Source: Octopus vulgaris (lineage: Eukaryota). From it: DNA of 64,000 nucleotides. Below the pieces are notes generated by a model, which was not told the DNA's origin, did not search any database, and saw nothing but the letters and a program-made list of their open reading frames with translations. Every line of letters starts with the position of its first letter. Within the stretch, counting starts at the first letter, position 1. The stretch lies in contig OX597816.1 of assembly GCA_951406725.2 (NCBI GenBank), forward strand, positions 176,824,001 to 176,888,000, in the 5' to 3' direction. A program made the translations under genes and the position numbers. Below are positions 52,601 to 64,000 of this stretch, piece by piece.

Positions 52601-54480
52601 GGTCAAAGTTGTTTGTTTTGGATTTGCTGCCAAATCAGCTGCAGTATGTTCAGTAAAGTAAGTTCGTTGGCCATTTTCCAAATGAACCGCTAGTTGTATG
52701 ATGGCGGGGTGCCTTTGGTGAAGTGGAAACCCGAATATCCGCCAAAAAGCTTCACCACTGCTCATGTACCGACCTGCCAAGTACTGTGACACCTCATCCA
52801 TGCTATTGGCCTTTTGAAGGCCAAACATGGCAGCGTCAGAACCCTTGTTAACATATTTACATATATACTTTATAGACTTGACTGAATGACAGAACTCCAC
52901 ATTTATGTGAGCGTTAAAAGTTTTCATCAGAAATGGACAGTACGGCACTACCCACCTATTATCCACTTGATGACCCCGTAACGTTATAGTGAATCCACCA
53001 TTGTCAGGGTGCCTTCTTCTGTACAGTGGGTATCCGTCGCGGCCGGTCTGGGTCTCGTCCACGAACCTCTTTGGGTACCGTTTAGTGCACACGTGGTCTT
53101 TGTGGCATGAGGAGAACTTTTGAAAACCAGGACCGCATGGACCATGTACCATGTGTGCCTTCACAATGTCGTACAGCTGCCGGTCAACGGTTGGGTCCGG
53201 AATTTCTGCTGCAATGAGATCATCAAGAACTGTTGGGTCTATTTTGCTGACCAACCAAAGCAAAATGTGCGCGTGTGGCAACCCTCTTTTCTGCCACTCA
53301 ACAGTATACATGTGGCAGTTAACAGGCCCAAAAACCTGCCCTTTTTTTATTAAATGAATGAGCTTAGCCAGTTTCTGCCTGAAAACCCTTGCAATAATAT
53401 CATGGCGATGACAGTACTGCTGCCCTGGGAGAAGTTCTCACGTTACCTCAACCCACTTTGAGTTACATGTAAAGGTAATGAATAAATCAGGTCACCCATA
53501 ATGCCGAACGTAAGTCATAGCGTCTTGTGTTCGCTCGTGCATGTACCGTGGGCCCCCTGTATAGGTTGAGGGGAGAATGCACATTTTGCCGATATTGTGG
53601 GCGTCAGTCTCATTCCTGATGCCATCACGCAAATGGATGTAGGAGTCTGAGCGCAGCTGCTTCTGATTCAATTTGATGAAGCCCAGTCTCTCGGACTCCA
53701 TCTTTGCAGCCATGTCAACTGCCAACTGGTGAAACAGTTCCCGTGATCTGTGCAGGGGGTTGAAATCATTATGCCTTGTCATGAAGCGGTATGAGTAAAA
53801 AGCCATACATGAAACAGTTTTAGATGTCGCAGCCGAGGGCTCGTTTGGTTTGTGGTAGGAATGCCGAAATGGTACCCGTCTTCTCCATACGGAAAAAGAA
53901 GGGGATACTGCAGGGCGTCATATGACCGATGCGTCTCATTAATACGCTGAAGACCACTGTCGCGGCTTTGAAGAACTATGTCTCGCTGATTGTGCTGTTC
54001 ACCATGGAGAACTATGGCCACTTCATTGCACGAAGGAGCGTTATATCGGCACGCGTGCTCCCCAGAAGGCCTTTTGTCAGCATCGATGACAATGGTGAAT
54101 GTTGGTGAAGGGGCTGTTTCCAAGGCGTATTTGAAACTGCGAATATAGCTGTTGTGGTTATGAAGCATGTTTTGCAGAGTGAGCAGCACGTCCCTGTCGA
54201 AATTGTCAGCGTCAGTGTTTGCAGGTTGTGGAATTACGTCGAAACGCAAATCAAGTTGCCTATTGTAATTTGTAATGAAATAAATTTGAAGGAATGAAGG
54301 TTTGCAATTTTGTAGTGGCTGGAGTGACCCAATAAGGTGGTACACTGGCCCTGGACCTTGAAAGTAGGCATCCAAACAGTTTCTCTGACAACGTTAGCCC
54401 CGAAAGAAGTCATTTGAAATGCACAATTGTATTTCCTGATGAGTTGAAGGAATTTTGATGACAAGAAATGCCAGCCATGG
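49700..54480 (-). mobile_element. Decayed autonomous Helitron (Rep HUH + Pif1 helicase)
   Basis: Rep motifs YG*PDLFITFTCN, VEWQKRGLPHAHILLWL and YICKYVNKG. Helicase motifs DAPGGT, WDECTM, GDFRQTLPV, LKVGAPIMLIRNL and FAMSINKAQ. The 3' terminus has the hairpin GCCCTGAGCAACGCCGGGC + CTAG at 49700 followed by T. The 5' end is not resolved. Confidence 0.9.
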
Positions 54481-54816
54481 TGACTCTACTATCCTCAGAT
54501 TCTATCCCTTCAAACTTTGGTTTCCAATATTTTATTATTTTTATTCAGCTTGCAAGTTCGTCTGTCCCTTTTAAATGTTAGCGTTTTGCTGTCTGCCTTG
54601 AAGCAGACCTTTCCGTTGCCACTGCCTGATATTTATGATTGATCTTTCAAACTACTTTCTTTCTCAAGTTACTCAAGATCTTTTGTTGTTTATAAATGGG
54701 AGAGAGATAGATAAAGATAGAGAGTAAGAGAAGGCGAGGGAGAGTCCGAGAGAAAAGAAAAGTAAGAGAGTGGGAAAAGTGAGAGAGAAAGGAGAGAGAA
54801 ACAAAGACGGAAAATA

Positions 54817-55110
54817 TCATCATCATCGTTTAACGTCCGTTTTCCGTGCTAGCACGGGTTGGACAGTGTGACCGGGGTCTGGGAAGCCAGGAGGCTGCAC
54901 CAGGCTCCAGTCTGATCTGGCAGTGTTTCTACAGGTGGATGACCTTCCTAACGCCAACCACTCTGTCAGTGTAGTGGGTGCTTTTTTCGTCCCGCCGGCA
55001 CAGGTGCCAGGGGGGCTCGCAGCGGCAACAATCGGTTGGTGCTTTTTACGTGCCACCGGCACAGAAGGCGGCGCTGCAATCGGCCACGTTCGGATGGTGC
55101 TTTTTACGTG
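54817..55110 (-). repeat. RTE 3'-UTR-derived short element
   Basis: Same family as 2798-3190 and 33661-34205. Confidence 0.8.
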
Positions 55111-55338
55111 CTGAAAGGAAGCAACAGAAAATAACAACCACACTCTTACCCGCGCGTAGAGCGGGTCACCTTCAGCTAGTATATGTATTTTATATATATA
55201 TATATATATATATATCATCACACACACACACATATACACAATGTTTATCTTTATTTTTAAAATATATATAAAGGTTAATCTTTAAGAATTGTCTGGAAAT
55301 TCAAATGCAAATGTGTTTTCTATATTTTTATTTTATAG

Positions 55339-55394
55339 TCTCTAAATGAAGCCGAATTAGCAGATTTACGTCATTGGCATTATCGAGTTATACA
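55339..55394 (+). CDS. TTLL3: TTLL3/TTLL8-like tubulin glycylase exon
   Basis: TTTTATAG|...|GTAAAT. Reads SLNEAELADLRHWHYRVI(H); phase 0 to 2 bridges the flanking exons exactly. Confidence 0.75.
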
Positions 55395-57145
55395 GTAAAT
55401 ATATTGTTTCCTAATTTTTACCATAATCATTTGCTTGTAATCATCCAATTCCTCAAATATACATGCATGCACTGTTTCATCTCTGATGCTAAGTTAATAT
55501 TTTTAAAGTTTCTCCAGTGTTTTTGCTTTTCTTCCTGCATTTCACATAACCTTCTCATTCAGCAAGTTTCATTGATTTCCATGGCATTATATCTTCGATG
55601 GGCGACTTAATCTGATCATCGTCACATTTGATTACACCCATCAGTCCCCTGTGTTGCAGGTATTTTTGGAAGCACTCCGTCGGTTACGACGACGAGGGTT
55701 CCGGTTGATCCGAATCAACGGAACAGCCTGCTCTTGAAATTAACGTGTAAGTGGCTGAGCACTCCACAGACACGTGTACCCTTAACGTAGTTCTCGGGGA
55801 TATTCAGCGTGACACAGAGAGTGACAAGGCCGGCCCTTTGAAATACAGGTACAACAGAAACAGGAAGTAAGAGTGAGAGAAAATTGTAGTGAAAGAGTAC
55901 AGCAGGGATCACCACCATCCCCTGCTGGAGCCTCGTGGAGTTTTAGGTGTTTTCGCTCAATAAACACTCACAACGCCCGGTCTGGGAATTGAAACTGCGA
56001 TCCTATGACCGCAAGTCCGCTGCCCTAACCACTGGGCCATTGCGCCTCCACTGTTGCAGGTATATGTAGTAAGTCTCCAACCTGTGGATAACTTGTGATT
56101 CATAGTTTCTTCCTTTGTTCCCTCATCTGCCAATCTCAGAAGTCCTGCAAAGTCAAGAGCAGTACCTCTCCTCCTCTGATTAAGCTATAAAAATCTTTAC
56201 TCTTTCTTTTTTTTTAAACTAACTTTCAAAATTGATTGTAGTGGATGTCATTATTAAAGATAATGTTGGTTTTGCTACTCACTACCACTCAAGTCTGCTC
56301 CTCAGGCTACACATACACACTTATGTGACTTAGGTAATGTTGGTGCTGCTGGCGTTACGTTCTGAGTTCAAATTCCGCCGAGGTCAACTTTGCCTTTCAT
56401 CCTTTCGGGGTCGATAGATTAAGTACCAGTTACGCACTGGGGTCGATGTAATCGACTTAATACCTATGTCTGTCCTTGTTTGTCCCCTCTGTGTTTAGCC
56501 CCTTGTGGGTAGTAAAGAAATAGGTATTGTGTAAGCATTTCAAAATCAAAAACATTCAGCAGTAATATCACGTGAATATGTGGGAAATGTACTTTATTTG
56601 AAATCTAGGAAGGGTAGATATGAGGACGAGCACCTGGGTACAGAATACTGCCTTGGAGATGTTTTGTCTCACCCATGCAAACAAGGAAATACAGACATGA
56701 AAATAATGATGATGATGATGGAATTCATCAGATGGGTCTGTGTGTAAAATACACAGTCAGTGTACTCATTAAGGTTTTAATTATTACATGAGACCCACCA
56801 GTGTAGCTAAAGTGTGTGTTGCCCAGTGTGGCCCTTCAATTTGCCACCCTAGGCCCCTACAAAAAATAAATATTGCCTACAGCAGACCTAAAAGTTGTGC
56901 CGCTCAGGATGGACTGCCCCTTCTGCTCCCTCTAGCTATGCTAGTGATGAGACCTTTCATGAAAAAGAAATGAACTCTTGATTGCACTTCGACATTCATG
57001 TGGGAGTGGAGTAAGACACAATTTTACAGCATTGAAATTTATTACATATGTTTTTTATATATGTTTTTGTAGTAATATTTTACATCCATAATAAGAATTT
57101 CATATCCCATGAATTTTACATTCAAATAGTGATTAATGTTTTTAG

Positions 57146-57297
57146 TTCTGATTTAGCCATTGAAGGTGTGACTCCAGCCTTAGCCAACCTATGTGAAAGC
57201 ACCTTAAAACGTCTTCGATTGCAGTGTCCTCAGTTATATTTGGATGGCAAACACAATATATGGATCCTTAAACCAGGTGCCCAATCTCGAGGAAGAG
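57146..57297 (+). CDS. TTLL3: TTLL3/TTLL8-like tubulin glycylase exon (ATP-grasp KPGAxSRGRG motif)
   Basis: TTTTAG|...|GTTAGT. Reads SDLAIEGVTPALANLCESTLKRLRLQCPQLYLDGKHNIWILKPGAQSRGR(G), the diagnostic 'PQ..xDG..NIWIxKPGAxSRGRG' of TTLL3/8. Confidence 0.93.
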
Positions 57298-57427
57298 GTT
57301 AGTTATACATTTTTTTGTAAACTTATATTTTTGTACTTTATATTGTTATTTGCTAGTTAAAATCTGCATATTTATTGTTTCATTGGGAAAATCTATACCA
57401 CAGTCTTTGAAAAATAGGAATAGCTTA

Positions 57428-57877
57428 TTAGCCATTTAGCATTCAGATTACTCTGTCAAATACAATGCTTATTCACATTGTTTTGAATTAATCATACATC
57501 ATCTCATAGCTTTTCCATTTCAATGATGTATAGTTTATTTTTAATATAACACTTTAGAGCAGGTGGGAGAGGTCAGAGGTCAGATTTGGTTGGTTTGAAC
57601 GTAAAACAGGTTGAATATTTTCTGCTGGTTTAAGTTCTAAAAAAGGATTAGCCCTTTAGCATTCAAACCGGCCATATCTGGCCCAAGAGTATTCTGCCTG
57701 TTTTATGTTCAAACTGGCCAGATCTGGTCTCTCACACCAACCCTACAATATTGTTTTAAAAATTAATAGTTACCTCATCAAAATCTCATAGCTACAAGAT
57801 AATGCATGATTAGTTCAAAACAATGTGGATAAAAAAGAATTTATTTTGGCAGAATAATGCAAACACTAAAGGGTTAA
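57428..57877. mobile_element. Two adjacent piggyBac-like MITEs (related copy ~8603-8812)
   Basis: 57648-57877 runs TTAG-CCCTTTAGCATTC...CACTAAAGGG-TTAA; 57428-57651 is a more decayed relative in the opposite orientation. Confidence 0.55.
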
Positions 57878-60800
57878 AGATTTCACAGATCAAAAAATAC
57901 ACAGATCCAAATGATGAAAAAATACAAGTATAGAATATTCTACCCATCTTATAGAAAAATGAATGTAGAACAGACACTAATTCTAACATAATCATAAAGC
58001 AGATCATCAAAATTAGAAGTTCTCGTGTGAAATTAAAATAGTTCAGCCTTCAAGACAATAGATAATATATTTCATATTTAATAACACAGTGTGACACAAT
58101 TTTTGGGTAGCAGCTGTCAATTTCTATTTGCTTACTCTTAGAAAGTACGAAAAAAGGCTAATGTTTCCTTCAAACTTTGCTTTTGTTACATTTATTCAAA
58201 CCCCCAAAGAATTTCTCTCAACACATGACTATGATGCTTACACACTACTCCTGCTCATGATCACAGATGCATGTATTGTCAGCCACTAAGGGACATGCTC
58301 CAGTTGTTAAGGTTAAGCAACTGACAAGCAAATCTGTGGTATTGAGCAGAATATTTGCTATAACAATATTTCTGCTTCAGCAACTCAGCACTGAATCTGT
58401 CTGAGATGTAATGGAAAATAGGTCAGTTTTAAAACATTGATGTCCAGGTCACAAAAGCCAAATAGGAAATAACACTTACTGACCAAAGACAAAAAAATTA
58501 AAATTTACACTGTGTTATCATTAGAAGTAGTGTGGAGGGACCCAGTGGAAGAGGTAGACCCAGGAAAATGTGGGATGAGGTGGTGAAATATGATTTTTGG
58601 GTCTTGAGTCTCATGAAGACGATGACACATGACTGAAACTTTTGGTGATTCACTGTGCTTTAGAAGTGAAATCATAGTTGTGGCCCAGTGCCAGAGACCT
58701 GTAAAAGGCACCCAGTACATTCTTTTGAGTGGTTGGCAAAAAGAAGGGCATCCAAGCCACTAGAGCCTGTTGCAGCTCTCCAATTTATCAGTTTCAGTCG
58801 AAACGTCCAACCAACGAGCATGGGAAACAAACATTAAATGATGATGATGATGATGATGAGCACACTTGCGTGTCCACTCAACAAGTTCACTTTGCAACCA
58901 TGTTGTTTTGTTGCATGACACTGTGGACAAGTGTCTTCTACTCTAGCCTATAGTTGATCAATGCATTGTGAGTGAAATTGGTAGATGGAAACTAAATGGG
59001 AGCTTGTCATATAAGTGTGTGTGTGTGTGTGTGTGTGTTGACATTGGTTATATGTTGTGTAAAAACGAGGCAGTTCATATTACATACTTGGTGCAATTTT
59101 TTATGTCTGCCATAAAAATATATCTAGCATTGAGTTGTTTGTCATTCAGAAGACCTAGAAAATAAGTCTCTTAAAAAAAAATTAAGAATTGCTGACAGGA
59201 AGGGTATCTGTTTGTAGAGTACTACCACAAAAATTCTCATACAACCCATACCAACATGAAAAAAGCAGTTGTAAAAGTGGTGAGGATGCAATCATTAAAG
59301 GATTTGGTTTTTTTGTTTCTCTACTAGCATGTGAAGGATTAAATAAATATTTGGAATTTTCTTCAGTGGAATTCAGGAAAAGAAAAAACTATTTTTATAA
59401 AAAGTAGTTATATACCTATGTATAGTTTCTCTGGTTATATTCTATAATCATGTATAATTTCATTCATAGCTTTTTTGAAATATCTTCTTTGTGTTATTTC
59501 CGAATCCAAGATAGGCAGGATCTAAAGTGGGAAAATATTGAAAATTTTTTTTTGTGAATTTAAAAGTATTTGTATTTTCAGGTTTGAGAATGTGCTTCTC
59601 AGGGTTAAACTTTAATGTAAATTTAAAAAAAAGTATCAAGAACATTTGTTAATCTGCTGCTACAGAATTTAGGTAACAAAAAAAAAAAAAAAAGAAAGCA
59701 TTGTAAACAAGCTTAAAATTGTCTGAATGTTAACCAGTAGACTAGGCACAGGCATAGCTGTGTGGTGAGAAGCTTACTTCTCAACCACATGGTTCTGGGT
59801 TCCGTTTCACTGTGTGGCATTTTGAGTAAGTGTCTTCTACTATAGCCTCAGCCAACCAAAGCCTTTTGAGTGAATTTTGTTGATGGAAATTGAAGGAGAC
59901 CTAGCTTATATATATGTGTGTGTATGTCTTCGTATCTGTTTTTGTCCCCTGCAACCATTTGACAACCAGTGTTGGTGTATTTATGTCTCCATAACTTAGT
60001 GGTTCAGCAAAAGAAACCAATAGCAGGCTTAAAAAATAAGTAGTGGGGTCAATTCATTCACCTAAAATTCTTTAAGGTGTTGGCACAGCTTGGCTGCAGT
60101 CTAATCACTAAAACTAGTAAAAGATAAAATTAATTTGTCTTTTAAAAAGGAAATAAATAAATCGATGAAATAAAAGAGAAGTATCTTATATGATGTGATT
60201 TTCTGTTTATAGCTTCTGAAAATTCAGTGTTTAATATTCTTCAGCCTGTGTTCCATATAACATTGGAATCTATTTAATATCAAATTGTAAAAATATTTTT
60301 ACACTGGAAAGATTACTAGAGTATGTTTAACTTTTATAGTTCAATGTTGTTTGCTTTTTTTGACAACAAGTCAACTACTAGCTATAAATAAACTCCATAA
60401 TAGAAATAGATATAAAGTTAAATTATGTTAGGAAACAAATACAGATAAAGCTATCAGTTGTTTTGATTTATTCCCCAAAGTATATCAATAATTTATTTAC
60501 ATGAAGCATACAAAATCAAGACTGATTTAGTAGCAATAAGCAAGTGAGGAAAGCAAAACATGTACTGACTTTAAGTATGATGTATCATAGAGGAACCTGA
60601 TCAGCGAAAGTAGAAGGCAAGAAACATCTGGAAAAGATTTTGAAGTACAAGTGTTGTTAGCTGTATATCATGACTAAGAAATGAATCAAGTTTGAATGGG
60701 CTACTACTAATAATATTTATTATTATATTATGAACTAAGATGACAACTGATAATTTAAACCACTAAAGAATGCTTGTGAGAGAAAATGCTGAGGTTGCAT

Positions 60801-61040
60801 AAACATCAGATGGAAAGTGAGTTGAGAAATGTAGATTAATGTTTACTGGCAATAGATTTGGGAGAAAGTGAAAACAAATATTGAGCAAGACAGACTAAAT
60901 CAGAAAGTGTAGCAGTTAATAGAAACAAAATTTATAAATACAAAGTGAGGTTGGGAAATAGCAGTTGCCTACACTGCTCATATCTTTCATTATAGCATCC
61001 ACAATGATATAAACTAATACATTGTTTTTGTAATTTTCAG

Positions 61041-61136
61041 GTATAAGTTGTTATGATGATTTGGATAGTATCTTAAAAATTGATGAAGGGAATGTGATAA
61101 AGAAGGAATCAAAATATGTGATCCAAAAATACATTG
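61041..61136 (+). CDS. TTLL3: TTLL3/TTLL8-like tubulin glycylase exon
   Basis: TTTTCAG|...|GTAAGT, phase 1. Reads (G)ISCYDDLDSILKIDEGNVIKKESKYVIQKYI(E), the TTL-family 'VxQKYIE' motif. The gene continues beyond the window. Confidence 0.9.
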
Positions 61137-62794
61137 GTAAGTAATAAACTTCTGCATATGAATGCATAGTCTTTAATCCAAAAGAATTCGGATCATTGTA
61201 CCAATTTCAACTTATAGGAAACAGTCTTGTAGTTCAGTAATACTAAGAAAGGAGAGCAAATGCATATCTTAAGTAGATACTTATCCCTAGTTCACTATCA
61301 ATGCTTTTAAACTGGTAGAATATTGGCACAAGGCCAGCAATTTCAGAGGAAGGGGTAAGTTGATTACATCAACTCCAGTACTCAACTGGTACTATTTTAT
61401 TGACCCCGAAAGGAAGAAAGGCAAAGTTGACCTTAGCGGAATTTGAACACAGAATGTAAAGATGAACAAAATGCTGCTAAGCATTTTGCCTGGCATGCTA
61501 ATGATTCTGCCAGCTCACTGCCTCGGATGAATATTAAGAAATGAAGAATATTAATGAATGAATATTAAGAAATTAAACATGAACTGGGTCACTAATGACC
61601 AGAACCTTTTTAAATTATGATTGCTAAGTTAAAGAAGGGTTGTTCAGAGGTCACTTGATTGAGCAAAGGTATTAAAAAACTGCCACCCTATTGCATAATG
61701 TTACATTATTAAATTCATTTAGTCTGCAGTCACAATTGGTTTATACTGTTCCAGCACAATAAGTACTATTTTCTCCAATCTGGCTGTTTAAGTTATATTT
61801 AAATAGGATTGTCTTGACTCCTGTTCTTGTTTCCACATTTCTCTCAGTCTTATACTTTCCTGAACCCATCAGCTTACTACATCACCCTCTCAAAAATCAT
61901 GGATTGCTTGGTCTTTCCTTCTCCATGCTAATGATACTGTATAGGTGATACACTCAGTGATAGCGCTTTAAGGATCATACTTTTCACATACCTCTAATTA
62001 CAAATTTGGTATGTGCCTAATTAAAACTGTCAGCATGGTGTTACAGTGCAAGACTATACTCTGTACAATGAACTGAGTTCGATACTTTGGAACCTCAGTT
62101 GGTGTATTCAGTATTCTTAAGTATAGCAGTGGTGTCTGAATTACATAAAGCAGGAAGGATCACACATGAAGGCCTGCACTAAAAAAACTGCATGGATATA
62201 TAAATTATATAAATTTTAAAAAAAACCATTGAACATTATTTACACTGGGCACAGAAAAAAGTTTATATTTTATGGTGAACTGGCTTTTGCAAGCAAGAAC
62301 ACTTCAAGCTCTGCTTTCTAACCTAAAGTAAAACATTTGTGTCTTTGGTATTAATCAAGAGAGTAGAAAACTGTTGCGATAGCTTTCTGGAGCAATCTGG
62401 TAGAAGCTGTATATATTTGAAGAAAAAACCCAAAAAACAACTGTGGGACAGGGCACATCATGAGTGTTATGTCTCTTTGTCTGCTCCCTCTTCATGGCCA
62501 GATGGCTGGACCAATGATTATGATATTTTTGGGGATTACAAAGACGGTTGTCAGGAAGGATTTTATCATTAAAAAATCAGAAATTATGATTATTTTCTGG
62601 ATATCGACTTTTGAATAGATAAATCACCATTGCATTTTTATTAACCGAGGACGGTTAATAGCAAAAACATAATGGAAAAAGTGTGTGTCAGTATATAGTA
62701 TGTGTGGTTATTTAGTGGTTATTGAAGTGTATCAGTCTTGAGCAGGATTCAAAACAGCTAATTGAAATGGCTGTTCAGTTCTATATTTAAGAGA

Positions 62795-63084
62795 TGAGGA
62801 ATTATGTACATTATTTACATTCGACGGATATTTGTCCTCATCTTGTTTGTTGTTAACACAATGTTTCAGCTGATATACCCTCCAGCCTTCTTCGGGTGTC
62901 TTGGGGAAATTTCAAACCTGGGTTCTCATTCCTAAGGTATTTTCGATGTTATTATTATTGTTGTTGTTGTTGTTGTTGTTATTGTTCAGGTCACTGCTTG
63001 GAATCAAACTCGGAATCTTGGGGTTTAGTAGCTCGCGCTCTTAACCCCAAGATTCCGAGTTTGATTCCAAGCAGTGACCTGAAC

Positions 63085-63133
<49 letters not shown>

Positions 63134-63280
63134 TCGAAAAATACCTTAGGAATGAGAACCCAGGTCTGAAATTTCCCCAAGACACCTGATGAAGGCTGGA
63201 GGGTATATCAGCCGAAACGTTGTGTTAACAACAAACAAGATGAGGACAAATGTCTGTCGGATGTAAATAATGTAAATAAG
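62795..63280. repeat. Penelope-like (PLE) foldback: ~240-bp inverted arms
   Basis: TTTGTCCTCATCTTGTTTGTTGTTAACACA...CCTGGGTTCTCATTCCTAAGGTATTTTCGATGTT(GTT)n...GGAATCAAACTCGGAATCTTGGG mirrored on the right arm; centre ~63030-63040. Confidence 0.85.
63181..63226 (+). ncRNA. Minimal type I hammerhead ribozyme (PLE type)
   Basis: Stem I GACAC/GTGTT, core CTGATGA, stem II GGCTG/CAGCC, GAAAC-GTT with a palindromic AACGTT stem III (dimer-type minimal HHR). The left-arm copy has a mutated core. Confidence 0.75.
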
Positions 63281-63399
63281 GAAGTGGATGTTGTTTACAT
63301 CTCTGTTTTGTCAATCAAAATAATCCATGGTCCCAGAACATCCAGACATTATTCGCATTGAACAGTGAGAGGTGAGTCTTAGTTTGATTTTTTGCAACC

Positions 63400-63602
63400 C
63401 TATCGATTCTGCTTGCACATTCACAGCAAACAAGCCACAGGGCCAAACTTTAGATCATGTAGATATATTTTTACCCACTCCAATGTTTACACAAGGCCAG
63501 CTATATGTTGCTATGAGTAGAGCAACGGACTCCAGTAATTTGAAAATTAGTGTCGACCAAGTAGAAAATATCGTCTACAAAGAAGTTTTGTTATCATATT
63601 GA
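63400..63602 (+). pseudogene. Helitron Pif1 helicase C-terminal fragment
   Basis: ANKPQGQTLDHVDIFLPTPMFTQGQLYVAMSRAT...NIVYKEVL, homologous to the C-terminus of the 50541-51296 helicase. Confidence 0.75.
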
Positions 63603-64000
63603 TATTATCAAAAGGAATAGGATTCGTAATTTAAATAAGGAAATTTGTGAACTTTGAATGTATAATAGTATAAACAAGTGTTTAATAGTGTAAGCAACTA
63701 AAATAAAAGTATATCTAAATAATGTTTTTTCTCAATACTTTTTATGTAGTGGTCGAAGGAAGCTCTGGCTTTTGTTAGGAGCTGTCCACATAACTATTCA
63801 TGATACAGAGGCTGGGAGCCTATTTCAGTTTGGGAGTGAATTGTCATCACATGTTGCTAAGTCGCAAACACATATCATATAGCTGCAATAGAATGCTACA
63901 TCACCAACAGTAATGTGATTTCTCTAAGACATCACCCAGTAATCTATCCAAGTCCATTTACACATTTCTCAATACATAACGCTGTTGTGACTTCCCTCCT

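Overview
Eukaryotic (animal) genomic DNA, AT-rich and dense in (TA)n microsatellites. The SINE/LINE repertoire looks like octopus/coleoid cephalopod (inference from repeat style, not verified). The whole window lies inside one + strand host gene, a tubulin monoglycylase of the TTLL3/TTLL8 family. Eight GT-AG exons (376-425, 7921-8049, 27806-27920, 33472-33648, 49421-49542, 55339-55394, 57146-57297, 61041-61136) splice in consistent phase; the gene starts before and ends after the window. The introns hold many transposons: two decayed mariners, an RTE LINE and its 3'-UTR derivatives, two CR1-group LINEs (one apparently intact), an R4/Dong-type and a HERO-type restriction-like-endonuclease (RLE) retrotransposon, a decayed autonomous Helitron plus non-autonomous pieces, piggyBac-type MITEs, Penelope-like foldbacks (one with a minimal hammerhead ribozyme) and many tRNA-derived SINEs. 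There is a 100-N gap at 25749-25848. The most striking unexplained signals are RNA-structural. (1) The HERO element has ~180-bp terminal direct repeats containing all hammerhead core motifs in a non-canonical (permuted) order. (2) Its 5' leader carries five covarying hairpins with an invariant GAAAGA loop. (3) Both CR1-group LINEs conserve a U_UUU_UUG slippery site in a compensated hairpin exactly where ORF2 opens in the -1 frame of ORF1.
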